The notes below the pieces were generated by a model. That model was not told where the DNA came from. It ran no database searches and saw nothing but the letters and a program-made list of their open reading frames with translations. 64,000 bases of DNA from Lama glama. Its lineage: Eukaryota. Shown in pieces: positions 1 to 15,647 of this stretch; positions within the stretch are counted from its first letter, which is position 1; each line of letters starts with the position of its first letter. The position numbers and the translations under genes are program-made. Location of the stretch: positions 72,976,001-73,040,000 of the forward strand of contig CM052817.1 of assembly GCA_028534125.1 (NCBI GenBank), written 5' to 3'.

Positions 1-3000
1 ATTATAGGTTTAGCAGCTCTCCTATGTACTTCTGGAACCAAAAAACATTGCTCTCCTTGCCTGGACTAGAGATGCAGGGTGCAAGATTCCTTCATCCAGT
101 TTTTATGTGAGCCCAGAACCACTCATATTCAGAGAACTGCATAAATCAGGGTAGAGAATGGACTCTAGAAGAAAATAGACCTGGGTCTAAATCTAAACTT
201 CCTTAGCTCCTAATTTCTGATCTCTTAACTTTCTCAATTGTACCTTGTCGAGCTGTTCTGAGGACTAGAGAAAATGAGTCTTGTTTCTTGTAAATACCCA
301 ATAGCAGAAAGTTATTATTTTCTCAGTCCTTGACTTATTTGCTTATGTCTATACTACCAGAATGTGACTAGATTTGATGTTCACTAGCTCCTTACAGCTC
401 AGTGGGACACAGCCTTGATTCCCTACCAACCAGTCCTGAACTGAGTCTGTCAGGGAGATACATTAAGAGTAAATCCTCCCACTTCAGAGCCACAGATAGA
501 TAGAAAGCCAATGGGTCAATATTATTGAGCTACAAGCTACCGAGTCAACAAAGTAGAACAACAAAGAAACACAATGAACAGGAATTTGTCTTCAGTGCTT
601 GTCTGCCAGTCCCCTATTTTAATTTAGTCTTTTGCTTCACTTTGGCATTGGTCAACCTATCTCTCCCCAGGGATCTTTCTTTCTCATTCTATCAATCTTT
701 TTGAACTAAAATCATGGCCTTACAAGTTGAGAGAAACACTGAAGACTAAGTCCAGCAGTGTCATTTTAGAAGTGAGAAAACTATGGCTCAGATTAGTGAT
801 TTGCCCAGCTTCTTTGCTCCAGATTTGGGATAACCATCCAGGACTCAAGGCTTCTGGTCACATGCTTGTTCCATGCCTCCCTGTTGCCTTAATATTACAA
901 CTAAGGTAAAATCACCAAAGAAAAATATCTACAATTCAATGGTATGCTCTGGGACTTCATTTAATTTTTTTTATTTTTTAATGTACATGATAAAGATTAA
1001 TGACATATTAGGTATGATTGTCTTCATGAATTTTAATTAAGAAAATATTCTGTTAATAAGACTACCAATGTGAAAATTTTTAAATTACAATAAGTATTTA
1101 AATCATGTGGGGGGGGGTTAAGTCCAGAGAGCAAATACCTAGTAATTTACTTAAGAAATTACATTTTCTCTGACACCATCACAGATGATCAGATTATTAC
1201 AGAACAAATCTACAAGTAAGGGAAATAGTACAATGAAAGAATTAATTTTGTGTGTAAAATTCCTCCTCTTATGAAAAGGAGGTTGAAATAGTCAATGGTG
1301 AAACGAAAGAAGGAAGGAATGGAGGAAGGGAGAGTGGGTGGGAGGGAGGGAAGAAGAAAGAGGGAAAGAAAGAAAGGGAGAAAAAAGTAGTACAAAATAT
1401 TTATTTCAGAAACGGTTTAACTCTGCATCAGAAAGATTTCAGTGAAATATCAGCAACAAATTCCAGAGAGCCAAATTTATTACCAATTCAAGTCAAAAAC
1501 CAGTTTCTCTGTATATTTGTAGGCTACACGATACTGAGAGTTAAATAGTTAAACGTTATGCCCTTAGAAAGTGTTCATAGTATTTCAGTCAGGATAACTG
1601 AAGTCCACGCTTCTGCCCAGTGGAGAAATCCATTATTAGCTAAGGCTCAATCAAGAAATTACTTTTATCACCAAAAGGAACAGAATTTAAAGTGCCTTCT
1701 CCAGTCCCTATAGAGGTCTAATTTAGAGCACTCAAAACAAGTTTAAGGGAACCATGAGAAAGTAAACTTCTGTTTGTGTAAATACTAGAAACATTTTACA
1801 GAGCATATTGTAGAAGTATACTTTCTTAGGAATACAATTTATTAAAGTGAATTTGGAACATACACAGAGACTAATAATTCTGCAAAATAATAGGCAAAGA
1901 ACAGAATCAACAGGAGTGGAACAAACAAAAGAAAAAGGAACCATATTGGACTCATCATCTTAAAACATCCACGATTTACAATTTTCACCAAAAAATACTG
2001 TAAAGAGGAGTTTAAAATGTGTGTGTGTCACATCTCTGAAAGATTACACCAGACACTAACAGAGGTTGCTTCAGAATAGGAAAACTGGGACATGGAAGAG
2101 AAAGACTTAACATTTCACTGTGTTCCCTTTTGAACCTTTTAATTTTGTTTCAGGTGTATATATTAACTAGTTTTTTTTTAAGTAAATAACTTTTAAATGT
2201 GTATGTAGAACATCCAAAAGGATTCGTGTTAACAGAGGTTATCTCTGAAAAATACTGTTTTCTTTCCTCTTTTGTATTTTAGAGTTTTCAAATTTTCTAC
2301 AATAAATGTGTACTAACCTTATAATCACAAAAATATGTATTTTTAAATTTCTTTTAAAACATGAAATAGTGAGTAACAAATGTATCAAGGTAAATAAAAT
2401 TAATAGCATCAATATTCCTAGTGTATAATATTAGTAACTGTTGCATATAATTTCACTTAAGTCAAAGGTTCAGAAAACTGATGGGTAGAGTTTCCCTTGG
2501 AGGTAATGAAAATATTCTGGAATTAGATAGTGTGATGGTTGCACAATCTTATGAATATGCTAGAAACTATTGAATTGTCACTTTAAATGGCAGGATTTTA
2601 TGGTATGTGAATTACATCTTAATAATTTTTTTAAAATTTCATTATGAGCTGCATATTCAAGGTCAGAGTATCAACCTGGTCAAGTTTATTAAGCCACAGG
2701 CATTAAGAAACATGTTGGCTGATTCTATGGGAGACCATGGTGTTAGTATTACTTATTAAATATGATGTTAAAACCAATGAAATACAAACCATATTTTAAA
2801 ACTCTTCAGGGCTACACTAGTTCTTAAATTTTACTTTGGAACCTATCACCAAAAGAAAGGTAAATAAATACAATACACAAATAAATACACAAATAAAAGT
2901 AAATATGCTTTTTTCGCAGACTTGCATTATAATAGCATAGTGGTTCCGGTAATTTTTACAGTTCCTGTCACCAAGTACAGTGAAAATTGACAACAATGTG

Positions 3001-3497
3001 GTCTCAAACATCAAATTGGACTCATCATAGCAAGTGTTCAGCAGCATACATGAATAGGACCATAATCTGACTTCTAATATCCTTCAATACATTCCTTCTA
3101 TATTTTACACACAGATTATTCAATTGTAATCTCATGGTATCTTAATTACTGTAAACAACTTTATTATGACTAATTTTAAAGTAAGAATCCCTTTTTAATG
3201 TTGAGAGTATACTGTAGTTATTAAATTTCTATGTATTATTGAAACATATTTCAATGAGAACATCTAAATTCTCGTGTTTTTTCTCCTGAGTTTTTTGGTT
3301 ATTTGTTAATAAAATAAGCTAAGAGGACAATAAAAATTGGTGAGTAAGTTCTTGACCTCTCATTTCCCTCTTCTTTCTCTACATACATGAAGTTCTCACA
3401 GTTTTATTTTAAAGTGTTAGTGTTAATTAAAACAGTTTTATTTAGCATTTCATTGGGAAATCTTTTATGCCAATAAAATCGAATTAATCTTACAATG

Positions 3498-3965
3498 CTG
3501 GATTAGTTACCTACTGTGGCATAACAAACTACCCCAAATCATAGTGATTTAAGAAAAAAGCATTTATTATCTCACAGTTTTTCATAGGTCTGTAGTGGTC
3601 TGGCTCAGGAGCTCTCGTGAGGTTGTCAGAGCTGCACTCATCTGAAGGCCTTTATGGGACTGCAGAATCCATTTCTACACTAGTTCACCTACATGGCTGC
3701 TGGCAAGAGGCCTCATTTACTCACTGTACATAGAGCTGCTTGACGTATTCTCAAAACTCTCAGTGACCCAAGAGAGAGCATGGAGGAAGCCATGATGCCT
3801 TTTATGATCAGGTCTTAGAAGTCATACATCATCATTCCACCATATTTTACTCATTAGAAGTGAGTCTCTAAGTCCAGCCAACTCTTAAAGAGAGAGAAAT
3901 TAGGCCCCACCTTTAGAAGAGAAGAATGGCAAAGAATTTGTGGACATATTTTTAAACCTCCGCAA
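3498..3965 (-). mobile_element. MLT1-type (ERVL-MaLR) solo LTR
   Basis: Typical ...cataacaaactaccccaaa...catttattatctcacag start and ...ttttaaacctccgca end. Confidence 0.75.
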
Positions 3966-5044
3966 ATCTCTCTGAGAGCAACTGATCATTATGAGTATAC
4001 AGTTAATGCACTGAAAATAAACCTTATGTATGAATTAATTTGGCTCCAAACTTTACTTGGCTAATTTTGAAAGTTCTATAAAAGGATGTTAATTTTTTTG
4101 TTTGAAAAAAATTTTCTCCATTATGTATATCATTATTTTCGGTAAGACAGTCAAGGCACAGCAATAAAAGCAATGTGACAGAGACTATCAGTCCTCATCA
4201 AAGATGTATGTGCTTCTATATGTCACACCCTTCCCTACAGTAAAGTTGGGGCCATATATCAAGTTCTAGCCAATAAACTGTAAGTAGAAGTGATGAATGT
4301 CATATTCATGCTGAGACAGTTAAGAACTGAATTGCCTTTTCTGCCTTCTCTTTCCCTCCCATGGCAACTTTGAATAGCGCATGTTCCAGTTGGGGATCTA
4401 CAAGGAGATAGCCCAATCATTATTGAACTGCGTTGTGAATGAAAAGTAAACATCTATTGTGTTAAGCCACTAAAATGTGGGGTTTAATTTTTTATCTAGC
4501 ATAGCATAGCATTAAGTGACTAATTCATACTGCTAACATTTTAAATATTTAAAAGTACAATTTTTATATACTAAACAAATGTTTTTACTCTTGTTAGAAA
4601 TCAAGATATTCCCTTTCAAGAATAAATAAAAACCAGTGACACTATAATATTTAAATCCAGTCAGCAGAATCTCATACTGAACCCCATTTAACTATGGTCT
4701 AATGGTAGACCCAGAGGAAAACAGCCTCAGGTAAGGGAAACTTTAGGGAAAATTTAATGATGGCAATTCCATCTCAGAAGAATCCAGAAATTAAGAGAAA
4801 TGGTAAAAGAAGCTCATGACTCTATGTGGAATTCACACTAAACTGGTATTTCTTAAAACTAAATCTAAGAATTAAATAATCCATGCAAGAAGGAAAAAAT
4901 CAGTTAAATAGGCATATTCCTAATCTTTGGAGGCTAAAATCTGGCATAAATAATGTTTTACATAAGACCTAGGGTTAGTTACATAATAAATAATCTAAAA
5001 GTGAATTCCTAAATCCAATCATTATTATTTAGAAATCTTGTCGC

Positions 5045-5260
5045 ATGTCTTTTGGTGTGATAGAAGATAGTCAAAAAAGGGTGAAGAGGATGATGTCAAA
5101 AGAACAAGTGAAACAATTGGGAGTAACGAAAACCAACAACAAAGGAAAAGCAGGAAAGACTAATGAATTGATGGGAGAAAGAGGGAGCCAGTTTAATTTA
5201 AATAAAGAAAAAGTACTGATGATGAATTCAATCCCAAAAAGAAAAAAATCCCAGTGAATC
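5045..5260 (+). mobile_element. Probable CR1/L3 LINE 3' fragment
   Basis: EDSQKRVKRM...EQVKQLG resembles the CR1 ORF2 C-terminal ERVQRRATKM...EERLKELG motif. Confidence 0.4.
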
Positions 5261-5879
5261 TGTTGTTGTTTTTTTTGCCTGCAGGTGGCAGCTCCTGATA
5301 AATATATAAGGGCAATGTTTCTGATTATTTCCGCACTGTTCTCCTGTAGGCAATTCTGAGAACTGAACCCAGACTCTCACTCAAAAAAAAAAAAAAAAAA
5401 AAAGCCAAAACTGTATTTCAGTTATTTCTTAATACCGGACTAAAATAGGAATTTTTCAAAATAATTTAATTCTATGAAAAATATACAACAAATACCTTCC
5501 AGGGGTATAATAGAAACAAAATAACAAATATAGGTATATTTCTTCCAGTAGAGCAATTCTCAGTTACTTCTTTAACTTCTTGGGGTTGTATCTTTTTTTG
5601 TTTTGTTCTTTTTGTAAATTTTGAGTTGTCAAAACTCATTGGTATACTCTAGACCAGAATATGAAAGGCCAGGATTGGGTAGCTGGCACTATACTAACTG
5701 TATTAAAAGATGTTAAATATACACAAAGACTAATGTGTATTTTTTCAAGGATATATATATCTCTAAATAAGTCCCAGGGGGGCATATTGAAAAGGCATAT
5801 ATTACATATATTAATTCCAGTGTCCATGGAGGTAAGGGCATGGGATTGAGGACAGAAGATGAATGGAGAAAAAGAACAT

Positions 5880-7040
5880 AGATTTAGATTTATCTGTTAA
5901 GTATTTCATGGTTTTTTTTTTTTGCTTTGGTAAATAGTATGGTTTTTTTTTTTAGCTGTTGTTATTTATTTATTTATTTTAACTTTTTTATTGATTTATA
6001 ATCATTTTACAATGTTGTGTCAAATTCCAGTGTTCAGCACAATTTTTCAGTCATTCGTGGACATATACACACTCATTGTCACATTTTTTTCTCTCTGAGT
6101 TATCATAACATTTTGTGTATATTTCCCTGGGTAAATAGTATGTTTTAACTTCAGTTTCCACTTGCTTGTTGTTAGTATATATAGAAATATGGTCCATTTT
6201 TGTATATTGATCTTATACCCTGAAATTTTACCAAATTCATTTATTGACATTGTATTTTTTAGTAGATTCCTTGAGATTTTTTATGAACATGATCATGTCC
6301 TCTTTGAATAAAGAAAAGAAATGCCTATTGTCAATCTGCATACCTATTTTTTTCTTTCTTTTTTAATTAATGGAGATGTCTACTTCACTGTCTAGGACCT
6401 CCAGTTTAATATAAATGGTGAGAGCTGACATCCTTGCTTAGTTCTTGATCTTAGCAAGAAAGTATTCACTCTTTCATCATTAAGCATGTTGATAGCTGTA
6501 AGTATTTTATTGAGTTCCTTTATCAGTTTGAGAAAGTTCTCTTCTTTTCTTGGTTCGCTGAAAATTTATAACATGCATGGATGTTAAATTTTGTCAAATA
6601 CTTTTTTCTGCATTTGTTGAGAGGATCATATGATTTTCCTTTTTTGATCTATTGATTTGGTGAATTACACTGATAAATTAGTGAACATGAAACACACATT
6701 CCTGGGATAATCCAACTTGGTTATGATATATAATCTTTTTACATTTTTTGGATTTTATTAGGTAATGTTCTTCTGAAGATATTTACATCTTTGTTTATGT
6801 GACATATTAGTTGGAAATTGTCTTTTCTTGAAATGTCTTTCTCTGATCTTGGAATCAGAGTAATGCCAGTCTCATAAAATCAGTTGGAAGTGTTCCTTTC
6901 TCTACTATTTTCCAAAAGAGTTGAGCAAAATTGGTATATTTCTTCCTTAAATGTTTGGTAGAATTTACCAGCGAACCATCTGAGCATAGAGTTTTCTTTG
7001 TAGGAAGGTTTTCAACTACAAATTCAATTTAGTCCAATCA
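5880..7040 (-). mobile_element. Old L1 (L1M-type) ORF2 fragment
   Basis: ORF 6047..6250 INEFGKISGYKINIQK is L1 ORF2 reverse-transcriptase region sequence; many disablements. Confidence 0.88.
5942..6129 (-). mobile_element. Young 5'-truncated L1 3' end nested in the old L1
   Basis: T-rich tail on +; perfect 13-bp TSD ggtaaatagtatg (5929-5941 / 6130-6142); near-identical to the copy at 42719-42849. Confidence 0.85.
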
Positions 7041-10017
7041 GGGTGTTTGAAGCATTTATATTTAATGTACTTATTTATATGATTGAATTTAAATCTACCA
7101 GCTTGTTTTTTCTTTTTTTCCTTTCTCCTCAGCAATAGACGGTCATTGGTTATTACTTGATGGGTAGTTTATGGTGGACGGAGTGGGTTCTTATTTCTCC
7201 TGTCTATGCTCAGCCTTAGGTGTGGGCTTACCCAGTTTTCCTGCCCCTCCCCACACTAGGGAGTCTTGAGAGTCTTAGACTGGAGAGACTTTTCTGCCCT
7301 CCTTCAGCATTATACTGCTCTTGTTACTCAGTTCAAGACTCACGGTCAGGCAGAGTGGCTTCCTGTCCTTCTCACTGTGGCATTTGGCTTTTGCTTCCAT
7401 CCCTTCCTCTGCAGAACTGTACATTTCCCTGGGCCCTGGGAATAGAATGGTTTCCTGACCCCTCCCAGAGGTTTACAGCTTTTCCTCTGCATGTGACAGA
7501 AGTCTAGAAAGTGGACAGATTTTTACCAACAGGCATGCTCTCAGATCTCCTTGCCTGTATTCAGTCTTTCTTGTGAACACCAGGTAGAGATCGATGAAAA
7601 GGAAGTGACAAATGAATGACTCCGAAGTTCCCAAAGACCCTACAATGTCACAGTAGCCCACACTCAGACGTTAAGGATGTGTTACAACTTTTTAGCTGTG
7701 TTCTTTTTCCTGCTTTTATGATAACAACCTCTTCCTTCTGTGGTCTGCAGAAGATGAAACAGATTGTATGTGCCATATCTCCTCAGAGGGACTTGTCACG
7801 CTTTAGAATTTATCTGTTTGCCTTATAACCTCAGTTCTCTGATGGACTTGATAAGAGTTATGATTCTGTAGATTGTCTGGCTTTTTCTCATTGTTAAGGT
7901 GAAAGTGACACGTGTGTGTGTGTGGTGGGGAGATGTGCAAGGAGCTAGATGAAATGAGACTGACAAAATGTTGATAATGTTAAATCTGAGAGACAGAAGA
8001 TGGAGATTAATATTCTTTTTTTTCTAATGCTTATATATCTGTGAAAATTTTCCAGAATAAAAATGTCTTCAATAATTGCCTGAAGATTAAAACATTTTAA
8101 AGATTAGGCTTCATATTCTAGAAATTGCTTTATAATTAATGTTTATTCTAAAAATAGAATGGTCTTTGATAAACTGTATTTATGGAGGATCTCACTTCCG
8201 AAAGCAGAAGAATGTTAGAAGAGTGGTAAGGAATTTGATCTAATAATTAACTTCTAAGCTGTGATTATTGCATTTCCATCCCATGACCTCTGCATTTAGC
8301 AATCTTCTTGTTTGCCAGTGTTGTTAACTTCACTCAGTGTAGAGAAGTTAATTTTCTTGTTAACTGAACTTTGAGTCTTTTTATTACCAGCTATTAAAGA
8401 TACGTGTATAGATTTCAATACTGGGAGAAAGGATCCCAATGATGAAGAAATTTTACAAAATACTCCAACCCTTAATAAAAAGATTCACCTATTTCTTAAA
8501 CCACTCTCTCTGGCTTCTTTTTCTATAGACAGCCCCATTGCTCCTCGATTGCCTTTCCATTCTCTAGCGTTGATCACACATAAGGTGCATAGTATGTGTC
8601 CAGCACTGTGGCAGATATCTTTATACATATTACCTTCACATCACACAGACCCTCTTCCATTTCCACAACTTTTCTTATTGACCTCGTCTGCTGCTCTGTC
8701 CTGACTCTCAGCTCTAGCGTCTCTAGGTCTGACCTTTGTCCACAGGCCTAGGGCCACACTTCCTGTAGATTTCTAAACTTCTTTGTATTTTCCTCACTTG
8801 CCCCTCAAACTTAATATGTCTGACATAGAAATAAATATGCCATTCGAGTTGCCATTTTACATCATGCCAGAAAACATGTGCTAAAAATTACCACAGAAGG
8901 TATTACAACATATTTCAAGTCACTCTAAATATTTAAAAAATTCTGTATACCTCAAACCCTATAAAGTTGTATATTTTTAATGAAGTGACATTCCTTACCT
9001 ATGTCATTGACCACGCTAAAAGGGAAAAAAAACTCTTACCTTTTGGCAAAACAGCTGATGAATTTATCACAAATATATTAAGTACCCACTTCAAGCTGAA
9101 AATATGAAAATGTAGTCCCTAAAAAAGGATGGACTCCCAACAATTTGGGGAAAGAGATTAATAAAAATTGTTCTCTGAACAAACTTTCACAATGTTAGAG
9201 TGTTCCCCAAAATTAAATTGCTCCTTAATTCTATCAAAGAGAATAAATATAAAGATAACTTAGGGTACTTTTTATTATTGTCTATAATGGTATTATGCTA
9301 TGTAACTAAAGAGTAATGATCATTATAGGGTCTAAAATTAGAGAGTCAAAGAGCAATGATTTGTCAATATTTATCCACTTCAACCATAGCACAAGGTATC
9401 CTAATTGAACAATTCAACCATTTGGGTCAGATTTACTATGTTTTTATACAATAATAAGAAGCTATTCTAGTTTGATGAAAACTTTCCACAGGACCACCCA
9501 GCCATTTCTGTTTTTTGCTGTACCAAGGGAAAAAATGCACCAAAAAACCAACTTGTCAATGACAGAAAAGTTGAATTTCTGTGCCTCAAAGCTGAGGCCT
9601 GAGCCCTTAACCAGAGGCGACTGCCCCATTTATAACACAGCCCTATGGCTGAACAAGCAGAATCTAGTTTTCCATTTCCCCACCACCACATCTTACAGTC
9701 AGTTTCATTTGTGTAAAATTCTGCCTGGAATGACCTAATGAAGTTTCCCAATTTTCATTATAGGCCTAGAACTCTGCTCTTCATTCAAATAGTAAATGCA
9801 TTTGCTTTCACCTGAAATACTTGAATGAATCTTGTATAAAATTTATTTTAAGAAAAACTATCAATGTCTTATTGAAATACTTGGAAGAATCTGTAAAATG
9901 AGAGAAAAAATCCATAATTTTGTTATTTTAATACAGCTATTATCATTTTTTTGTTTTTCTGGTCAAAATATTTTACATAAGAGTGACATCAGTTAACAAC
10001 TCAGTAACATATGTATA

Positions 10018-10310
10018 CAGTGGTAAATTTTTCAGTAAAAGGCCAGACAATAAATATTTCAGGCTTTGCAGGCCATACAGTCTGATGGACTATATTTGAC
10101 TCCACTTCTGTAGCACAAAAGCAACCATAAACAATATGAAAATGAGTGTGGCTCTGCTCCAATAAAACTAGGAACATTGAAATCTGAATTTCATATAATT
10201 TTCATGTATCACAAAATATTACTCTTCTTTTGATTTTTTTCTCAGCATTTAAAAATGTGAAATATAGTCTTGGGTTGTGGGCCATACATAAGTGGGTAGC
10301 AGGTTGGATA
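10018..10310. mobile_element. MER58B-like hAT-Charlie MITE
   Basis: gtaaaaggccagacaataaatatttcaggctttgcaggccata...tgaatttcatataattttcatg signature. Confidence 0.75.
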
Positions 10311-11840
10311 CTGATGGATCATAGAGGACCAGCGATGTTTAGGACCTTATTTCCAGGTCTGATCTATGTCCTGCTGAGCTCCACAGCCACATTTTTAGTT
10401 TTTTTCTGTTCATCTTTATCTGAACATCCCATCAGCATTCAAACCAAAACAATTTAAAACTTAACTCAGAACATATACCTCATCTAAACTGTCTGCTTGT
10501 CTGAAACCTCCTATTTCTGTTCATGCAATACTGTCTTCCAGTCATCCAGACTTGAAATTTAAAAATCATTCACTATCCCTGTCAAGTCCTGTCCTATATC
10601 AAATAGGCTTTCAATTTGCAATTCCCATGCCCAGCATCTGGGTTCAGGCCTTCATCCATTATTTATCTTACATTGTTGTTACAGCACTATAATTGGTTTC
10701 CATGACACTGGTATCCTGTACTCCAATGTACCTAATATATTGCTGTCAGAATAAGCTTCCTCAAGTGCTGCTCTAATTAGGTCACTATAGAACACTATTT
10801 TAAAACTCTGTGTAACTCTATTGCTTTCCAAATTAAATACAAACTCTTCAACTAGCTTTCAAGGCCATCCAAAACATTATCCCAAATCTTTCTGGTCTTG
10901 CTTCACCCTAAATCTTTGTTCATTCATTCAAAAAATGTGAAAGAACACCTGTTAAGTACCAAGGCACTGTGCTACACACACAACGGTATACAGTGATGAG
11001 CAAAAATCACGTGACCTCTGTCGTCATAGTTTCCAGCGTAGTTGTGGAAAAAGGCATTAGTCTAACAATCATATAAAAGTTACAAGAATAAAACTGTCAT
11101 GCAAGAATTTGAAGCAATATTTTCAAAGTCATGAAAGAAAAGAATTTTCTTCTAGAATTTTATATAAAACTAAGATATTACCTAAGTGCGTAGCTGAAAT
11201 AATGATTCTTTCATGCATATAAGGCATCAGAACATTCATCACATAAAGACCACCTTTGAAAACATTTCTAGAAGTGCTCCAGCTATTAAAAAAAAAAAAA
11301 CCTCTGGAGGCTTTGAGGTCTATGGGAAGTAGGTCTACTTAAAACTTTGAGAGGCTTGATTATGGTGATATTTTACAGCTGTATACATATGTCAAAGCTT
11401 ATAAAATTATACTTTAAATATATGCAGCTTATGTATGTCAATTATACCTCAATAAAGCTGGAAAACAATTGATAGGAAAATATCTGTAAATGTATACGTA
11501 CAGTTTAAAGTAAAAGAACAAAAGAAAAGAAGAATAAACACCTGTATAGCCAATATCTAGGTTATTTTTTTAATCCATAAATAAATGTAAAATTGTGACT
11601 GTGACTAGTGCTATGAAAAAAGGTACAAAAAGCCTAGAATGACGGTATTTGGCTTAGTCTGGAAAGTTAGGGGAAGCCTTCCCTGAAAAAGTGATGCTTA
11701 ATCTGAGAATGAATAGTCAACTAACTAAAAGCCAACATTTATAATGTTGGTGTCAAGTACTATGTTATGTGTTTTACATGTGTTATTAACCCATTTAATC
11801 CTCACAACATTGCATTAAGTTGGTTCTTTTATTACCCCTT

Positions 11841-12620
11841 ATGATATTATGATTTATAATATGAAAGATATATTTGGTCTTCTATCCCACTGCAGGCACT
11901 GAGCTCCTAAAACCCTTAGTTACCTATGTGATGAGAGCAAGAAAGATGTTTTTCTTAATGTGAATGAGGTGACTTTTGGAAGGACCCATGGATGTGGGCT
12001 GGTTGCCTGTAGAATGAACCATATAATTAAAGGGTTAGAACATTTAGTCTCACTCCCCAACCTCCAGGGAAGGAAAAGGGGCTGGAGATTGAGATCAATT
12101 ACCATTGCTGGTGATTTAATTCATTATGCCTCCATAAAAACCCAAAAGGACTGAGTTCTATGAGCTTCTGGCTGGTGATCATGTGGCAGTGCTGGAAGAG
12201 TGACAAGCCTGGAGAGAGCCTGGATGCTCTGCCCCTTTTCCCATATCTCGTCGTACGCTGTTCCTAAGTTATACCCATTCATAAGGAACTGGTGATCTAG
12301 TATATAACATGTTTCTCTACTTCTGTGAGCCACTGCAAATTAATCAAACTGGAAGAAGGGGTTATGGGAACCTTAAATATACAGCCAATTGGTCAGAAGC
12401 ACAGGTAACAACCTGGGCTTGTGATTAGATTCAGATGTGAAGTGGGAGAGTTTGAGGAGTCTTGTGGAACTGAGCCCTTGACTTAGGGAATCTGACGCTA
12501 TCTCTGAGTAGACAGAATCGGAATTGAGTTGAACTGCAGAATACCCAGCTGGTGTCAGAGTATTGCTTGCTGGAGGTGTGGAGATAACCCCTCCACCCCC
12601 AATTTAGAATTGGTGCTCTG
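11841..12620 (+). mobile_element. MER21-like ERV LTR splitting a MIR
   Basis: tgatattatgatttataata...gagctcctaaaaccctt...ctccagggaagg..gggctggagattgag motifs; MIR halves flank it at ~11730-11840 and ~12633-12770. Confidence 0.8.
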
Positions 12621-15600
12621 AACTAAAAAGACCTCCCATTTTACAAACAGGGAAACTGAGTTACAGAACAGTTAAGTGTCTTGCCTGAGGTCACACAGCT
12701 AACAAATAGAAGAACTGGGGTTACAAACCAAAGTAACCTGGTTCAAGAGTCCACACTTTTAACTATGGAATTAATAAATGAAGAGGGAGGAGAAAGAACT
12801 ACAAGCAGATGAAACAATACATGAAAATATCCTGTAGGCTTGCTGAGTGTGAGGGACTCCAAGCAGGCCAGTGTGGCTAAGGCAGAGAGGGGAAAGAAAC
12901 ATGAAGACGCCCCTGAGAGGAAGTAGAGGCCCATCATGCAGAACCTTCTAAACCAGGTTTCAGAATGTTGTCTTTATCCTTAGAATGATGGAATGCCACT
13001 TAAGTATTTTAAATAGGAACTAATAGGAATCTTGAAGATATTATTCTGGTTTCAATGTGGAAAAGAGATTAGAGAGAGGGCTAGAGAGGATGAGAATAAA
13101 CTAGTTATTGCAGTTGTAAACATGAGATATGTTGGTTGTTGGACTACAATAAAATTCAGCTTGAAGAAAGGCAAGTTGGAAATAAACGTCTTACTGCATA
13201 ATTCAGAAGTCTTTTCCTCAACTTTGTAATAATTAGAGGCAGACTGACATTGGGAGAAATGGATCTGCACTGAAACGCTCAAGGTGAGGGTAGACATAAA
13301 ATTCCAGAGTTCTGGTACAAGGAAGCCCAGAGGAGACTGCTAGGGTGTTCTGCCCACTCCAATCAGAACTTTTTAAATAGTCCACCTATGCAGAAGAGCA
13401 GCTTTCTCTTACAGGGAAAGCCCTAGAAGAACACAGAATATAATCCGTAGTGAATAAATATTTTTCAATGTGTGCCAAGTGAAATTTTATTATGCACTTG
13501 GTCTAAGTACTTTCCATAAAAATTCATCTCCAATCATATAATGGAAATCAATGAAATGAATTCCTATAACATTTAACTTGGAAGACATATTAGATATTAT
13601 GTAGCCACATTCTTTTTTTACAAATGAGGAAGCTCATCCACGCAGTGTATTAACAAAGTTAATATATTATTTAATAAACAATAAAATAACTTGAAAAGTA
13701 CCTAGCAGAACATGGCACATATTAGTCACTCAATAAGTAGTACTTAGTAGTATTATGTTTAATATTACTATTTTTGATAAATATTATGTCAACAATAAGA
13801 ATTCAATTGATGTTGGTTCAGTGAGTCCTATGGGTCTGATATTGGTCTAGGCTTGGAATATAAAAATAACTAAAACACAATCCTTATTTTCAGCTTGAGG
13901 TGTTCACATCCTACTGGATGACCAGATAAAATAAATAAAAGCCTAGATTACAACGTGGGGGATAATTGCAACATGGTAAGTATTAAAGCATTATTTTAAA
14001 AGTTTTATCGGAATTGAAGCCTTATTACTCACAGACCCCATGCTCCTTCCACGCACTTTGTCTATTCATATAACCCAATACACATGCACACCTACAAACT
14101 CAGTCAGATTTTTTTTAAATACATCCATATTCCAAATTAGAGAGGTACCAAATTGAAAGTGAAATGGGTTTTATTATAGGGATTTTCACAGCATGTACAC
14201 TGTGAAAATCAGTATTCAAAGCTTAAAACTTTTGTGGTTCAAAATTCAACAAAATGGCATATGCCTCATAGGTTCTCCCTTTTGCTTTAAGAACTATCTG
14301 AAGCCCAAAGGGAAAATATAACCAGATACTAGGCTATCAACCTAAATTCTATTTGAATTTTTATGATTAACTGTGATAGTCCATGTTTATAAGGATTATT
14401 TTTGTTTAGATTAAGATCCCAAAATCTTTGCAGTAAGCATAGTGTTAAATACATTAAACTTGAGATTATTTTCTGACATAAGTGGTAAGGATATTTCTTT
14501 TCTGCTTAGTATCCTTTCCTTTGGATTCATATGGAAGTTTACCCATTCCATATTAATATTTTTCAGGCCATGTAAATCAGGTAGGCCTGTCATGACTCAA
14601 ACAAAACCAATCAAAATACCTGAGATCATCAGAGATTTCATATCTGGTCACTAGCAGGAAGTGTGATGTTCTCTTTTTCTGTAAAAATGATTTGTAAAAT
14701 GGAGTAGGCCTGGAGCCAACAACAGGCATCTTTCCATTATGATATTCTCTTTCCGAGACAGGTCAGGCAAAGACGGGCAATCTGAGTTGTGGAGATAGAG
14801 TCCTAAAGACATCATTTCAACTTTGTATCAGCTGTGTCTTAAAGCTCTAGTTCCTCCCACTGAAACTTCCACATATGTGAACCAAAAAAATATGTTTTCT
14901 ACTTAAGTTTGTATGAGTTGAGTTTCTGTTGTTTGCAACCAAAAGGTCCTGATCTCTACATACTAGTGGTACATAACATTTACTGCTATTATTATTCAAC
15001 AATTATTCAGCACCAGCAATACATTGTACAAAGTATTGTACCATATAAAACAGGTTTAGCATCACAATTTTCCTATCATCTAGGAACTTATCATCTAAAT
15101 TAGGTCATGAACATGAGAAGGATTTTCATTTGCCAGGAAAGAAGATGAGGTAAATAGAAAAGAGATTGTGATACTACATTGATCTCTCTGATGTGCTTTT
15201 CCTTATATCTTGTCCTTACCCATTCAGAGGACAATCTGCAGTAATTTTACCAGATTTAATCAAGAGAAGGTAGAATAATGTTCAACAGGAAGACAACTCA
15301 ATTGCCATATGCTCATAAAACGAGAATACAACAGCAATCCAGAAATCAAGAAATGCAATCAAGAAATGAACCACAGCTGCACACATCACATTGATGAATC
15401 TCAAACACAATGTTGAGTGACAAAGCAATTTCAGAATACTATAAAAACATAAATCCTCAACAATGTGCTACTAGGAATATATATAGAGAGTAGAACTATA
15501 ATGAAAAGTGAAGAAATGATAGAAATAAACATTCAGCATAGTAGTAACCCTTGGTAGGAAAGGAGAGGCATGTGATTGGAGAGGGACAGAGGGTTCTCAG

Positions 15601-15647
15601 AGGCATGGTTAATGTTCTATTGCTTAATCCAGGGTGACAGCATATCG

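Noticed and set aside
9467..9751. Overlapping 88/94-aa ORFs in non-repeat DNA as a possible CUB-domain relic or small gene
   Set aside because: No convincing motif or splice sites by eye; worth rescanning only if the protease fossil is confirmed.
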